From: an uncultured Veillonellaceae bacterium
GTDB lineage: Bacteria; Bacillota; Negativicutes; JARBTT01
Direction of reading: 5' to 3'
Assembly (NCBI GenBank): GCA_963805085.1
Contig: CAWDTA010000001.1
Location: 128,001-192,000 of the forward strand
DNA length: 64,000 nt
Shown piece by piece: positions 63,690 through 64,000 of the stretch. The notes beneath the pieces are model-generated. The model was given only the letters and a program-made list of their open reading frames with translations, had not been told where the DNA came from and ran no database searches. The position numbers and the translations under genes were made by a program. Position 1 is the first letter of the stretch, and the number at the start of each line of letters is the position of its first letter.

Positions 63690-64000
63690 GCTTAACGGAA
63701 CAAGCAGGCTTAGAATTACTTCAGCATACTGATATTTTAGAGCTTGGTAAGATGGCAGATGCGATGCGGCAAAAGCTTCATCCCGGGAAAACGGTAACCT
63801 TTGTTATTGATCGTAATATCAACTATAGTAATGTTTGCGTGAGCGAATGCAAGTTTTGTGCCTTTTTCCGCCCCCAAAATCATAAAGATGCCTATATTTT
63901 ATCAATGGAAACTATGCTGAAAAAAATAAAAGAAACGATTGCTGCCGGTGGTACGCAAGTCATGATCCAGGGGGGCTTGCACCCCGAATTGGATTTGAAG
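63686..64000 (+). CDS. mqnC: Cyclic dehypoxanthinyl futalosine synthase (partial, runs off window end)
   Basis: VTFVIDRNINYSNVCVSECKFCAF...GGTQVMIQGGLHP. Confidence 0.88.
   Translation, partial: MSLTEQAGLELLQHTDILELGKMADAMRQKLHPGKTVTFVIDRNINYSNVCVSECKFCAFFRPQNHKDAYILSMETMLKKIKETIAAGGTQVMIQGGLHPELDLK

Overview
AT-rich chromosomal window from an anaerobic, endospore-forming, flagellated Firmicute. A Negativicutes (Selenomonadales/Sporomusaceae-like) assignment is my inference from gene content. Most of it is core metabolism: a mannose-type PTS under a sigma54 promoter, asnB, T-box-controlled leuA and trpDFCBAEG, prfC, lutC/lutBA, dapL, dcu, cfa, motAB, acpS-nnr-ndoAI-ndoA, TPP riboswitch-thiC, thiL-tsaEB-rimI-tsaD, a PdtaS/PdtaR-like ANTAR two-component pair, CIRCE-groESL (many indels) and the start of futalosine mqnE-mqnA-mqnC. 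Highlights: (1) a ~2.7-kb element inserted in a small SASP/SspF-like spore gene. It is bounded by a 17-bp direct repeat, its inner ends reconstitute a 54-bp palindromic serine-recombinase-type attP, it has no recombinase, and it carries its own intact, att-diverged copy of the gene it broke, plus an IS30 scar and a LysR/oxidoreductase pair. (2) A stand-alone NRPS condensation domain lacking the catalytic His, fused to a cNMP-binding domain. (3) A ~135-145-bp promoter module duplicated in front of the lactate-utilisation genes and cfa. (4) A candidate structured sRNA, an orphan ParB-like gene, a one-and-a-half Trp T-box and an unannotated 39-aa membrane peptide. All calls come from reading the sequence by eye; no searches were run.
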